Of a stretch of DNA of 64,000 bases, positions 1 to 16,155 are shown one piece after another. Under the pieces are notes generated by a model. It was given only the letters and a program-made list of their open reading frames with translations, was not told the DNA's origin and did not search any database. The stretch lies in the NCBI RefSeq assembly GCF_009914755.1, contig NC_060945.1; one strand, 5' to 3'. Numbering within the stretch: position 1 is the first letter of the stretch; the number at the start of each line of letters is the position of its first letter. The DNA is from the human T2T-CHM13v2.0 reference genome, Homo sapiens. The translations under genes and the position numbers were made by a program.

Positions 1-159
1 GGACCCTGTTGAGGTCAACTCTTGTATGTTACCAACGCCCACAGCTGTGTGCCTCCTCTGAGGACATTCGAGTGGGCTCACCACGATGACATGGGCCTTC
101 TGCTGGGGAGGCTGGGCCATTCGGTGACCTGTGGCGCTGCGCTGTGTGATGATTGCTGA

Positions 160-345
160 TCAGCTGTGGCTCCCAGGCCAGCTTACACATGACGATCCCC
201 TGGGGAGGTTTTAAAGATTCCAGTGCCTGAGCCCCACTCCAAGCCAATGAAATCCCAGCCTCTGGAAGTAGGGCCTGGCATGGGCCTGTCTGCAACACGC
301 CCCAGCTGTTCCTAATGGGCAGCCCGGGGGTAAGAATCAGCGACT
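160..345. mobile_element. MER5-like hAT-Charlie MITE, degraded
   Basis: Resembles the MER5A core (cctggggaggttttaaagattccagtgcctgagccccac...cccagctgttcctaatg); highly diverged. Confidence 0.45.
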
Positions 346-1117
346 GAGAATAACGATGTTCCAATCTTGATTCAGCCGGGGAAATCTTTCTTCACACAGA
401 TGCTACTGGAGTGAACACAAGCAGATGAAAACAGGGCTGTCTAAATGACACGCAGCCACCAGTGACTGCCCGGGCTCCCGAGAAATCCAGATTCATCAGG
501 ACCCACTGATTTGGGCATCTGATGATGGCATGTGAGGAGGAATTTTCCAAAGTTTCTGGGAGAGTACAAGGCAAGTCACCACCCGCTCCCAGCTGTGTGC
601 CTTTCCTGGGGCCAGACCCTGCAGCAGCTCCCACCTTGTCCCACGCTGGATGGCAGCCTGCTTGTAGGGGGGGCCTGCAGACACCTTCTCACCCCACCCA
701 GGACTTGAAGGCAAGGGTGGAATTTTTGGTGGATGCGATGATCTGTCTTCTCGTGGTAAGGAGGTGATTCCCTGAACAGCTGGGACAACACCATCACCTC
801 GTCTTCCTTTCTCCTCTCTTACTTCCTGCTCCTGATCCTAGAGGAGCCACAGAGCTCGGCCCTTCCCCACCCCCGCCTTGATGTGGCTTGGGCAAGCTAA
901 GGGCAGGTGGCTCTGTGTGTCATGAAGTCCTGTAGGGCCTGCTCCTGAGACTTTCCTGCCCACTGAGTGGGATTACTGAGTGACAGCTGGCCCTCTCAGT
1001 GACTGTGTGCCTCACCCTGTGCTTCTGGTATCTGGACAATGCCCTTCCCAAACAGGAAGTGTTTGAGCCATGTGTTCTAGATACATGGCTGTTTTTCTCT
1101 TGTTTAAAAACCTTTGT

Positions 1118-1384
1118 GTGTGATGTTCCCCACCCTGTGTGCAAGTGTTCTCATTGTTCAATTCCCACCTATGAGTGAGAACATGCTGTGTTTGGTTTTC
1201 TGTCCTTGCGATAGTTTGCTCAGAATGTGGGGGGAGGGGGAAGGGATAGCATTAGGAGATAAACCTAATGTAAATGACAAGTTAATGGGTGCAGCACACC
1301 AACATGGAACATGTATGTTCATATGTAACAAACCTGCATGTTGTGCACATGTACCCTAGAACTTAAAGTATAATAAAATAAAAC
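1118..1384 (+). mobile_element. Short L1PA 3' end with 5' inversion (twin priming)
   Basis: 1118-1227 is antisense L1 3' sequence and 1228-1384 is sense L1 3' UTR plus A-rich tail. A 12-bp TSD aaaaacctttgt lies at 1106-1117 and 1385-1396, at a ttt|aaaaa endonuclease site. Confidence 0.93.
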
Positions 1385-1806
1385 AAAAACCTTTGTTTTA
1401 CCCCTGACTCATCTCACATATCTACATACTCAAAGGCCATGTTTGTCTAGGAGTAGAACCAAGTCCCTGATTTGACAAAGTGAATTATTATAACACATTT
1501 GTGTTTAACATGCAGGTGAGTCATAGATGAAATACCACCTATGGAAACTGACAGTCGCTGCTATGCCTTTCTTGGACTATGGTGAGTGAGATTGAGGGTC
1601 TGGTAATGCAAGAGGTACCTAGTCATGGAAATGAATGGAGAAGCAGCTGGTTTGAAGGGACTTTCTCCTTCCAAAGTAATAAGCTGAGAAAACGGAAAGG
1701 TGTGAGCCATCAGCAGAGTATTTAGGAAGCATGACAGATGGAGGGGACAAAGTAAGAGAGAGACTTCAGCTTGGGATGATTGGAAGAAAAATTTGAAGAT
1801 ATTTAC

Positions 1807-2100
<294 letters not shown>

Positions 2101-2378
2101 AGAAATTTACTTTTTGATGGTGCTTTCCAAAATGAGTTTCCAGGCAGTCTGCAGTCAGTTGTATTTTTAAGGTTGAATGGGTGTTTGGTCATCCCGTGAT
2201 CTTACAGTGCTTTGAAAGTGCTTTCAGAAACTGCTGCAACTGAGGGGAGAATTGAGGGTGGTTGATGGGGGAGATGCAAGTCAGGCAAACCAGCCAGAAG
2301 CCTTGCTCTAAGATGCAGGCCAAGAGGCACCGCAAATATTTCACTTCCAAGCCAAACCTTCCTTCTCAGGGGGTGAAG

Positions 2379-3487
2379 CAGTGTTGTGCTGGAATCAGCT
2401 GTACTGGCCTATGAGAGCCAATTGTTAAATTTTCAGGAATTTTATAAGCTGGTTGTTAAATAAGGCTATTTTCAAAATTAAATTATATAAACTTAATACT
2501 TAATTATATTAAAAGCAAAGGAAATTAATACTCAAAGCTTATAATCTTTCTACTTATTTTGTCATATTTTACTGTGTCAATGTTCTTGGGGTTGTTTCCG
2601 TCTGTTGTGTCTGCATGGTGGAAACACTTCATATGACATGCCACTGCACATCTCTTTTAAATTTTGTGTTCATGACATCGCTTTGATAGCTGGAAATTGG
2701 CCATGGTGGGATATGGATACCAGGGAGACTGTAAAACAAAACCAGTTTGGCTTGTTTTATTGTTCTGTCGATGATCAAGATCAGTGGTTCTGAACTGGGA
2801 GGATTTTTCCTCCAGGGACATTTGGCAGTATCTGGAGGCGCCTTTGACAGTCACAGATGGAGAGGGTAGGGGTGCTCCTGGCATCTAGAGGGTGGAGGCC
2901 AGGGAGGCTGTTAAACATCCTACAATGCATATGGCAGCCCCCTTTGCCTCCCAGCCCCAGACACGGAATTCTCTGGTCCAAAATGTCAATATTGCTGAAG
3001 TTGAGAAATCCTGGTCGAGATTTAAGGAAGTGATGGGAAATTAACTTAAAATAACTTAAGACTGTGTCAAGTTCATACCTGTTACATTGTGCATACTACA
3101 AAAAAACCCCTGAAGCCTTCTTTCAGTGTTTGAAAGCTATTATATGATTCATTAAAGAAGTTGTTCAAGTCAATGAATGAGTCAAGTTCTAACACACTTC
3201 TTCATCTTCTTTGTTTCACTAAATGAAGATGTCAATCACTACTTGCATGGCAACTATCCTCATTTAATTGTAGAATCAACAAAAGCATTCTGTAAGAATC
3301 AATTGGCTATGTAAAATTTATAATAAAATTATTATGCATATTTTGCATTGCATATATACAAATATGCATATTATGTATTTTGCATATTTGTAAGTTGAGT
3401 GCTGTACATCCTTCTTATCAGTAAAATGTGTGTGTGCATAATTTTTCCTGAAGAGCCTGTTGATAAACATTTACCAGCACGCCACTA
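2379..3487 (+). mobile_element. MER63 (hAT-Blackjack) DNA transposon, interrupted by MER20
   Basis: Terminal inverted repeats cagtgttgtgctgg ... ccagcacgccacta; interior matches MER63 (gagagccaattgttaaattttcaggaatttt). Confidence 0.8.
2782..3013 (+). mobile_element. MER20 (hAT-Charlie) nested in MER63
   Basis: Runs cagtggttctgaac...gttgagaaatcctg. Degenerate 8-bp TSD atcaagat / gtcgagat, close to the Charlie target nTCTAGAn. Confidence 0.88.
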
Positions 3488-4128
3488 GTTAGAAGCTACA
3501 GAGTTATCAGATTTTAAATGTAACACCCTCATTCTGCATCCCACACAACATGTTCATGAATTTTGTATCTGGAGAAAGCTCAGTACTGTATGGTTCGGGA
3601 AACTGTTTTTTGGGAAGAACTGGGGTAACTAAGAATGGCGGCTCTGTATGTGGGTGGAGTAGGATGCCTGTCCTGTCATGTGATTTGGGCATGCCGAAAG
3701 GCTGCCACTCCCTAAATATCCACTCCAGAGTCCTGTCTCCAGGGTTTGACATGAACCCCTTTGGAGACAGGTGGGTTGTCACTAGGCTAAAAAGGAATGG
3801 GTGCAGGGACAGAAGGGATGGGGGTGGGTAACACGGTAACTGCCTAGAGTTTTGGCAGGATTTTGATCATGCATTTAATCTGTTAGATCCCATTGTAGCC
3901 CATCTACAGCTGAAGTCAGAAAAAAATAACCAACGGGCCTGGTAAATTTGGATAGCAGGAATGAAATGGAAATCCCCCGAGGGTTCTAAGTCAGTATGGG
4001 ACACTCTGATGGGACCCCGGGCAGTGGAAGCACATGGTGGTGATTGGCTAAGGGTTCCAAAGGAAGGGAATGGATGGACTTTACTGGCTTTGCAGTTGCA
4101 CCAAAGGAAACGATCACTGAATCTAGAC

Positions 4129-4474
4129 CAGGGGTCCCCAAACCGTGGGCCATGAACCAGTGCTGGTCTGTGGCCTGTTAGGAACTGGGCCACACAGCAG
4201 GAGGTGAGTGGTGGATGAACGAGCATTACTCCCTGAGCTCCACCTCCTGTCAGATCAGTGGAGGCATTAGATTCTTACAGAAGCACGAACCCTACTGTGA
4301 ACTGCACCTGCGAGAGATCTAGGTTTTGAGCTCCTTATGAAAATCAAATGCCTGATGATCTGAGAAACAGTTTCATTCCCAAACCACCCTCTTCTACCCC
4401 CACATCCCCTGATCTGTGGAAAAATTGTCTTCCACAAAACTGGTCCCTTGTGCCAAAACGCTTGGGGACTGCTG
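4129..4474 (+). mobile_element. MER1B (hAT-Charlie)
   Basis: Terminal repeats caggggtccccaa ... ttggggactgctg; perfect 8-bp TSD atctagac at 4121-4128 and 4475-4482. Confidence 0.9.
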
Positions 4475-5013
4475 ATCTAGACTAATGAGATGCAACTCTT
4501 AAGAAGCCCACTTGGATATTCCAAGGGTCTCCCCATCCTCAACACACCGCATTAGTGTTGGGCACACTGTACATGGGATTGGAATTGTTCTGTGTCCCAT
4601 TATCTGACAGCTTCAAGGATTGGCGAGCACACATCTTTGTCTAGGTGAGAAAGATGGGAGACAGAGGGCGTCCAGCTGCCTCGTCCTCACCTCAGGGAAA
4701 TCTTAAGCATGTCGTCATTTGTGTTCACAGTTTGGCGTTCGAATCTATGATTAAGAACTTAGGATGGGTAGAAGGGTCAAAAGGACAGTAGAATTGTGGT
4801 ACGTAGGATCTGCAAGGGACCTTAGAACACTCTAGTTCAAATCTCATCCTTCACAGAGCAGGAAGCAACCGGAGCAGTTAAGTGACCTCTTCCAGGGAAC
4901 CAGGGAAGAGGCTGGGCCACACTTGGGAGTTGCCACTGCCAACCCTGAACTCTCACCACTCCCCAGCCCCAGTGAGAGTGACAGGGAGAGGCAGGAAAGT
5001 GAGAAACCCAGCA

Positions 5014-5179
5014 GTCCAAAATGTCAATACTGCGGAAGCTGAGAAATTCTGATCTAGATCTAAGAAAGTGATGGGGAATTAATTTAAAATGATTTAAGAC
5101 TGTGTCATGTCCATACTGGTTATATTGTGAATACTACAAAATACTGAAGAAATATTCTTTCAGTATTTGAAACTACTAT
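5014..5179 (+). repeat. Local duplicate of 2976-3143 (MER20/MER63 junction)
   Basis: Direct alignment by eye gives about 85% identity over the first ~125 nt. Confidence 0.85.
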
Positions 5180-6833
5180 GGGCAAAAGGTTTGTTTTTTT
5201 CTCTCCCTCCAATAGTCCTAAAATTGTATTTTGAGAAATCGTGAGAGGGGAATTTAAATTTAATTTTCATGTTTCCACTAAAAAAGTGTATTGATTAGAT
5301 TTTAGCTTTAACTGTTGTTTGTATTTTATACACCTAAGCTTGGAAAATGATCTGTACTTAGAGGAAGACACAGAGTCTAGAGGTCTGGGAAATCATATGT
5401 GAGAACAAAAACTCTTTTTAGACATGTGGGCTTTCATGCAAATTATATTTCCAAAGGACTTGGGTAAAATTTTTAAATTAAAATACTGTAGGTGGCTGTG
5501 TATGGACTTTTTTTTTTTTTTTTCGAGCATCTGTGTGAGTCATCTTGAGCTGTCTGACTTTTTCTTCTCAGCCATATGTCAGCCTGTTTGTCCTTCCCAA
5601 GCTGCCGGGTTAACAGAGTTGATTCCCTGAGGCCACTCCATACGGGTCACTGTGACATGTCAGTCAGGCCATCTCCTGTGTGATATGGTGGTCAGAGACC
5701 TCTGGGGCATTCGTGGGACCCTTGGAGGGAAGGTGCTGTTCTATTTCAGCTTCTGAATTTTCACATTAATGATAACATAAGAGAATGACATCCAAGCTCC
5801 TTCCGGAGTTGCTGCACTCACATCTCTAAAATTTCTGGCAGTTCCTCCTTACCAAATTATCCAACTAAAGGAAAAAGTAGGGAAGAAGAAAAAGGAAAAA
5901 AACTGAGCAACCAAAATACAACTGTTGAATTTACAAGATGGAGGATGACACTGGATGTTCATAGTGCATAGATTCATGAACCCTCTCAGTTTTCCCTGCT
6001 GCTTTGTAAAAGGTGGGAACAGATCTTTACCATGTACAAGAGGTACTGTGTTATGAGTTATCACACCTGATTTACTTAAAACATATACACTCTTAGATGT
6101 AGCTATCATTATCTCCAATAAGCACAAGAGGCAACAGGCTTATAAGGAAACTGTCCCCATGCTCCTAATATGAAGTTGGCCTGGAATTTACATACAGCAT
6201 TTTTCTCTATGCTTTTCTGTTCAACTGTCTCTTGGTGCAAGATGAAATAACACAAGTAAATGGCAAAACGTAATTGAATGGGAAGGGGCACTTATTTTTT
6301 GAGTTAGTGTAGAAATGTGTGTTGGGGAGCCCACCTACCTGAAGGGAATTTATAGCTCAGATGGAAGTTTACCTGCATGCAGGTGTGTTTAGGAGAAAGT
6401 ACCAACTTTGATGAATCAGCCTGAGGAAGTCCAACCTAGGATGTGATTGTAAACATTGCACGCATGGTAACTGATTGAACCAGTTGAATTTTGGATAGAG
6501 ACATTGTTCAGCTCTTCAGATGCTGCGCACGGGGTGATGTGGAGTATAGTTAGGACACTAGGCTGTGGTTAAGCTGCATTGATATACTGTGTCAGTGTGG
6601 GCAGGCAATTTCCCCTAAGAGCTTACGTGATGTTCCAGATGAAAACTGAACTCTCTTCTCCGCCTGAAAATGTAAGGTCACATGGAAAAGGTGGCTAATG
6701 TGTGTATGCCAGCCTCTGAACATGGTGTATATTGTGTTCAGATACCCCCCACCCCTTTTAGTTTTATACAACTTCAGACTTTCTTAGTTGTGAAAGACTT
6801 AAGTAAGACCTGATCTGGTCCTGTAGCCTTCAA

Positions 6834-6835
<2 letters not shown>

Positions 6836-6871
<36 letters not shown>
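6836..6871 (+). repeat. (TTA)n microsatellite
   Basis: About 12 perfect tta units. Confidence 0.95.
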
Positions 6872-6875
<4 letters not shown>

Positions 6876-7106
6876 ATTTTTTTAGTAGCAGAACACTTTA
6901 TTTTCAAACTCAACATAGGCAATATATAAAAGCTAAGCCACTCTGGATGCAACGGCTGCTAGGACCCACACCCTAATATCTTATCTCCTTTCCCCACTGA
7001 GACGCCTCCGAGAAATCCTAGAGTTCTAGAGAACAGAGCTGGAAAAATGCTGCAAGTTACGGAATTGATTGGGAAGTAATGGGATCCTGACATTTGGAAT
7101 GGGGGC

Positions 7107-7504
7107 TGCTATGGTTTGAATATGTCCTCTCAAAAACTTAGGTGTTGAAACTTAATGGCCAATGGGATGGTATTCAAAGGTGGGGCCTTTAAGAGGTGAT
7201 TAGGTCCTGAGGGTTCCTCCCCTCATGAATTAAGGGATTAAGGTGCTTGCTAAAGAGGCTTCATGCAGCGTTAAGCCCTTTTGTTCTTGCCCTTACTCCT
7301 GCCATGTGAGGACAGTGTTCCTCCCCTCCAGAGAAAGCATCTTGGAAGTGGAGAGCCATCCTCATCAGATAATTGAACCTACTGGTGCCTTGATCTTACA
7401 CTTCTCAGTCTCCAGAACTGTGAGAACATACATTTCTATTCTTTATAAATTGCCCAGTTTCAGGCATTCCATTATAGCAGCACAGGTGGATAAAAACAGA
7501 GACA
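7107..7504 (+). mobile_element. MSTD-like ERVL-MaLR solo LTR
   Basis: Starts tgctatggtttgaat, contains ccagaactgtgaga...ctttataaattgcccag, ends gaca. Confidence 0.8.
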
Positions 7505-7814
7505 TTTCGGCAGATCCTTATGAAACTAGGGTTACCAGCCCCTGTATTCTACCCAGTTGTCTTGGCCAGTAGGAGCTGCACTTTCACCCTATCTGAGGAA
7601 GTTTTCTCTGTTTTGGCTCAGGAATCTGTAAGGGCCTCTCTTGGGACAGCTGTCTTGTAAGACACTGCTGATTCTCCTCAAGACTTTCGCGGGCCATTTC
7701 TATACTCAAGTCACAGCGGGCTCCAAAGGGTGAGGGGCAGAGTGTGACCTGTGAGGAGGTGCTCTACACTCTAAAAGAACTGCATGATTTTTTTTTTTCA
7801 ATTTATAGAGAAGG

Positions 7815-8570
7815 AATTGATTCTCATGCCTGTGAATCAACAGGCAAAGAAGGGGATTAATATACCACTTGAGGTGATTGATCCTTATCAACAACAGGAA
7901 ATTGGATTGCTACTACATAATTGATGTAATGAAGAGTGTGTCTGGAATACAGGAGATCCTTTAGGGCATCTCTTAGTACTATCAAGCCAGTGCTGAATGT
8001 CACAATGGAAAATTATAAAGCTGTCCTCTGCAGGACTGATAATGGCCCCGGCCTTTCAAGAATGAGGTTTGGGTCCCTCCACTAAACAAAGAACCATGAC
8101 TAGCTGAGGAGTTTGCTCACGGCAAAGGTAATAGAAAATGAGTCATGGAAGAAGGTAGTTACATCAGCTATGATCATAAACCAGTTGCAGAAATGAAGAT
8201 TGTAATAGTTATATTTTTTCCTATTTTGAGGGGATATATTTGTATATATATGTTTTCCCCCTTCTTTTATCTCCTATCTAATTATCATCTATTAATGCAT
8301 CTGTTATCACCTATTAGTATATCTATTAATAAGATATATTAATAATGGTTAACTTTATATCTCAGCATTTAAAGTGTAGAATGTCAAAGGATAAGCAGAA
8401 CATCAACTAAGGACTTTGCGTCGTTTTCTAGGAAAAGAGTTGGTGTGCTTTTGCCTGTACACAGGATATTTGGTCACATAAGGAGGAATTATGACATGGC
8501 TATTGTCTTTATTTGGCGAGTAAGTGTGTTTTAAGGAGATAGTGTGGTTGCTCAGTTGATAGGCGTGGTC
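7815..8570 (+). mobile_element. ERVL internal fragment (3' end of pol/dUTPase region), degraded
   Basis: caacaggcaaagaagggg...gtctggaatacaggagatcctttagggcatctcttagtact resembles HERVL-type internal sequence and abuts an MLT2 LTR. Confidence 0.72.
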
Positions 8571-8971
8571 TTTGTTGGTCTTTTAGGTATCAACATGGCT
8601 TAGCAGTAGTCCCCAGTTATTCACTCACCCAAATACAAATATAGATGCTGCTGTGAAGGTATTTTGCAGATATGATTAAAGCCCATAATCAGTTGACTTT
8701 GAGTGTGAGAGATTATCCTAGATAATCTAGATGGACCTGAATCCTTAAAAGCAGGGTTGAGTCTTCTCTGAGATAAGAAGAGATTCTGCCTGTGGACCGA
8801 AGCTTCAGCTTGTGCCCAAGAGTTTTGGTCTGTTCTTCCAGATGGCTTATCCTACGCATTTCAGACTTGACTAGCCAGCTGCCACAATTACACAAACCTA
8901 TTCTCTGCAATAAATCTCTTACTATATTTCTCCTACTGGTCCTACTTCTCTGGTAAACGTTGACTGATACA
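8571..8971 (+). mobile_element. MLT2 LTR (3' LTR of the ERVL remnant)
   Basis: gctgtgaaggtattttgcagat...aatcagttgactttgagt...aataaatctct...gactgataca. Confidence 0.8.
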
Positions 8972-11559
8972 CTTGAGCTGACTTTCTAGTGGGTGTGTGG
9001 GTGAGGTATCTGCTCATTAGTCTATGGTCCACCAGAGCCCCTGTAGGTGGTCCCAGAAGTGAGGCTACAAGCACTGCTAGATCCAAGGAGATGCGCCAGA
9101 TAGCTCCTTCTGATTTATAGAAAATGATGTTTTAATGACCACCTAATTTCTAGTGAATGATTTTTGGTTGAGGCTGATGTAGTTTTATATGTATTACTTG
9201 GAACTTCCCAAAGTATGCTTTTTTCGGGGGGAAAATAAGGGCAGGAATTTCTCTGGGCAAATAAGTCTGAGATGTGGTGTTGAAGATAATTCTTTATTTT
9301 AGGATTTTTCATGGCCTCTACAATGCTACTGGGCATGAGAGGTCCAAAAAACGAACAGAATATGCAGTTTATACCCATCTTGTCTGAATATGGAACGATG
9401 TTTTCCCCTTCTGGGGACTGCAACATGAAAATTGCATGAAATACATTTTTGGAACACTTATCCACACATCTATGGCCCATAAATAAAATTATCTCATCTG
9501 CATCTTATTAGCTTGCCTTTTACTTCACCCATAGTGACTCATAATTAGACAATGGTCCTACTTATTAAAATGTTTCATAGTAAAAACAAAGAACCAAAAA
9601 TTAAAGAGTGCCCCAAAATTATATTTGAAAAAAGGATATTCATGTCCTAATCTCAAAAGGTTACCCAATGGAAACAGAGCACGCCGAGACAATTTATTAT
9701 TGGTTGCACATATTATTATGTTTATACCAGTTGGTGAAGTGAAAATCTTCTAGTTTGCTTATTTAGGGTTCATTGATAGAAACACACACACACACACACA
9801 TGCATGCATATTTAACAGTAGAAATTTAACCATTTGCAGATTACAGCAGATGGAAATTACCTGTTTTTCATTCAGGCACTTAATAGTTATTTTAGAATCG
9901 TCATACTTTTAAATTCTACTCTATAATTTTTCCAACAGTGAAAAAAGAAACTAAAGCAATGCTGTAACATTAAATATTTTAAATGGGTTTAATTTTAAAA
10001 GACAAAATTATAAAGCTCAAGAGACTTGGGTAGAATGTCTTATGATTATGTTGGCACCTTAGTATTTTCTGATATTTATCTGTATAGCCTATATTTCTCT
10101 TGCTATTTACTCTCTTTCAACCAAAAATTTGAGGTAGTTCATTTGGCTTTCTTACCGTGTTTACTTTTATATTACTTCTAAACATTTTTATTCTTCACTA
10201 AATATGATAAAGTACATGTAAAACCTAAATATGTAATTTACAAGTTTCAGTAGTATGAAGAGACTTGCCATGATTTCTTTATGCTGTATTAAATGTACTA
10301 TATATATGTTATACTATAGCATTAACTCAACAAGGATACTGTGAAATGACTGAATCCTTTCAGGAAGCCTGATGAGTTCATTTGAAAGGTCTTTTTCATA
10401 TGGAATACATCAGGGAATTAATTAGTGGGGAGATCTATCTTTTTCTACTTCTCTAACACGATAGCCATTCTCGGGCAGTTCCAGGGCCTTCAGGGTGTCT
10501 GTATCACTGGGGTGTTGTTATACTGTGGCCTGTATACAGTAGGTGCTAAATAACTGTTTGTGGATGATGATCCTTTTCCACTGTTTTCTTGAACTCATGT
10601 TGCCTACCTAGATAGGTTGCCCACATGGGATGGCTGTGAAAGGCTGGGAGGTAGCTCTGAGGCTTCACGGCATAGCAGGAGGCTCTCTGGACATTTCTGT
10701 AGCATGCTGGGTTCCAGCCTCAGCCCCGTCAACTGGCTACATGTCTTGGGCAAGTCACTCCACTTCCTTGTCTTCATTTTCAAGGGCAGGAACCATGTCC
10801 TATTTATCTTTATCTCACCAGTACCAAGATAGTTCCTGGTAAGGGAAACAGCTGCTATTCTCTCCTTCTTATGAGTAGGGAGCAGAGGGAAGGTGTGAAG
10901 TCGCTAACTACGGATCTCCCTTCATCCCTCCCCTTCACCTCCCCCTTTCCTCCCCAGACAACACATAATTGCGCATCCATGTTAAAGTGGGTCTTTTGGA
11001 GAGGGGGATGGAATTGTCGACTTCTGTTTGTAATTGCTTTCTTAACATGGAAACTGAAATTTGACATGTTGCACGTTAAATTCATCATCTCTATTTTTCT
11101 CTAACTGCCCCAATGTGGGCACCAAATGGACCCTCTGCACCACACCTGCACCAGGGCTGACAGTACTAAGAAATATCATTCTCTTATAGTCCTAGGATTA
11201 CTGTTATTCCATCCCTCCTGAGTTCTCCAATCTTGTCATGAATTTTTGAAGATCCGTTTTCTAGCTCCAGTTTGAAGCATCCATCCCCTCCAGGTGCACG
11301 GCCAGTCCCCTGGGCCATGTCCTGCTCCATTCATACCTGGGCTCTGTACTTCTCATGACCCCGTATTTCCTCTGGGTCACCCTCATGTGATGATTTCCAA
11401 AACACTGTTTTTATCACATCATTCCCTCAAGAACTTAAAACTGCTCTCTACATCACACTGAATCTTACCTCCCTGGCCTGACCCTGAAGATGGATTCTGT
11501 GTCCTTATCCTACCTTTTCCTTCATTCTTCTTGTCTTATCCTTACTGATAGCATAACAG

Positions 11560-11720
11560 GTAAGAGTGAGGGTTCTGGAGTCAGGTTCTGCCCCTTGCTA
11601 ACTGCTCGACCTCAGGTAAGTTTCTTAATCTCTCTGGGCCTCAGTTTCCTCAGCTGTAAAATAACAATAAAGCATTTACTTGACACAATTGTTTGAGTGC
11701 TGAATAATTGTTTGGGGTAA
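11560..11720. mobile_element. MIR fragment
   Basis: MIR core ttcttaatctctctgggcctcagtttcctcagctgtaaaat. Confidence 0.7.
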
Positions 11721-11777
11721 GAATTTTAGAAGATAATAGCAGCTTGTCCCTATGCAGGGTTTACCTTAGGGCTATTC

Positions 11778-14838
<3,061 letters not shown>

Positions 14839-16114
14839 TCAGCAATGATTTATCTTCTGCTTTTTGACTCTGAGGACTTTTTCCTGGTCTGTTTCACTTT
14901 ACCCTGAATTCCTATGTTTACTATTTGCTTTTTGTCTTCTCCCAGACATTGTGCCATGTTTTCTAGCACTTAGAATAGAGCTAAGCTCTTGGCTAGTATT
15001 TTTTTAATTAAGAACCAGGTACTAAGTATTATGCTCAGTTGACTCAAGGTAGAGAACTGACATCTTTTTTGACAAGTTGAATTGCATTTTCAAAGAATAA
15101 AGTGGAGTTATTGGCCAACATATCAGGCGTCACTTCTGGAAGTCATATAACACAAGTCTTGCCTATTCATTTGAAGGAAATTAAGCATCTGATGCAGGCT
15201 TTTCAACCTGGCTCTGTCACCAGTGTTCCCAGTACCTGTTAATAGAAAAAGGTGCTTTGTGCGTGCTTGGGAAAGAATCTTAACCTCATGGAAGAAAGGA
15301 TAGCAGGGAGCTGGGAACATCACTCTTGACTGTGGTTCAGCACACCTGGAGCCCACGGAGGCAGGAGCCCAGGACATCCTTCTTTCTGTAGGTCAGAGAC
15401 CTGGGAGTGTTGCCTGTTCTAGAAGAGGAAAGTGTTCCTGATGTTCTCAACCCATCAAGCTGGGAGCAGATGTTTGACAAGGAGAGAGAAAAACATGACC
15501 TGAAGCGTTCAGGCATTCTGCTTTTTTTCCATGCTAGAAAAAGAACTGTGTTTGATCTATAGCAGAGTTTTTTATTTGAGCAGAAGCTATCTAGGGGCAT
15601 CTACTGACACATGATGCTGACTAGGGTATGATTCTGTCCTCAGTCAGTTCTTACCATGTAAAAGATCCTCAAAGGAAGGATCTCTTCCCCAACCCGTTGC
15701 TACTTTGCTTTCTGAAAGTCAGTGTTTCCATAACCTGACTTTTGAGTCTCCTCTGTTTCTAAGATTGTAAAACTAGCTCTCCAAACATAACCACCTCTTA
15801 ATAGACAACTGTAGCTTCCTAGAGAACATGGAAAGACAAGATATCACAGTTCTGGAGGCGTTTCTCTTATACTTTTTTTTGTATTTTTCCAATTTTATAG
15901 AATGAACTTGTATTATTTTTTGCAATGGAAGATAACTTACATATTTCAGCAGCAGCAGGACTGCCTCTGTTCATGAGTTCTTACTTTTGAATTGACATCA
16001 GATAATTCTGTACTTGGGAAACTACTCTGGATGTGGCATCCATCTCAGTCTTGGGTGGGACTTTCAGGTCCCTGGACTCTGGCCCCTTCCCACTACATTG
16101 TGTGTATCCGTGTG

Positions 16115-16115
<1 letters not shown>

Positions 16116-16152
<37 letters not shown>
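16116..16152 (+). repeat. (TG)n microsatellite
   Basis: Near-perfect TG run. Confidence 0.95.

Positions 16153-16155
<3 letters not shown>

Noticed and set aside
7815-8570. ERVL internal region as a domesticated retroviral gene
   Set aside because: No long ORF survives and the fragment is heavily degraded.
9115-9480. 121-aa minus-strand ORF in unique sequence
   Set aside because: No recognisable homology or exon structure; it cannot be supported as coding.
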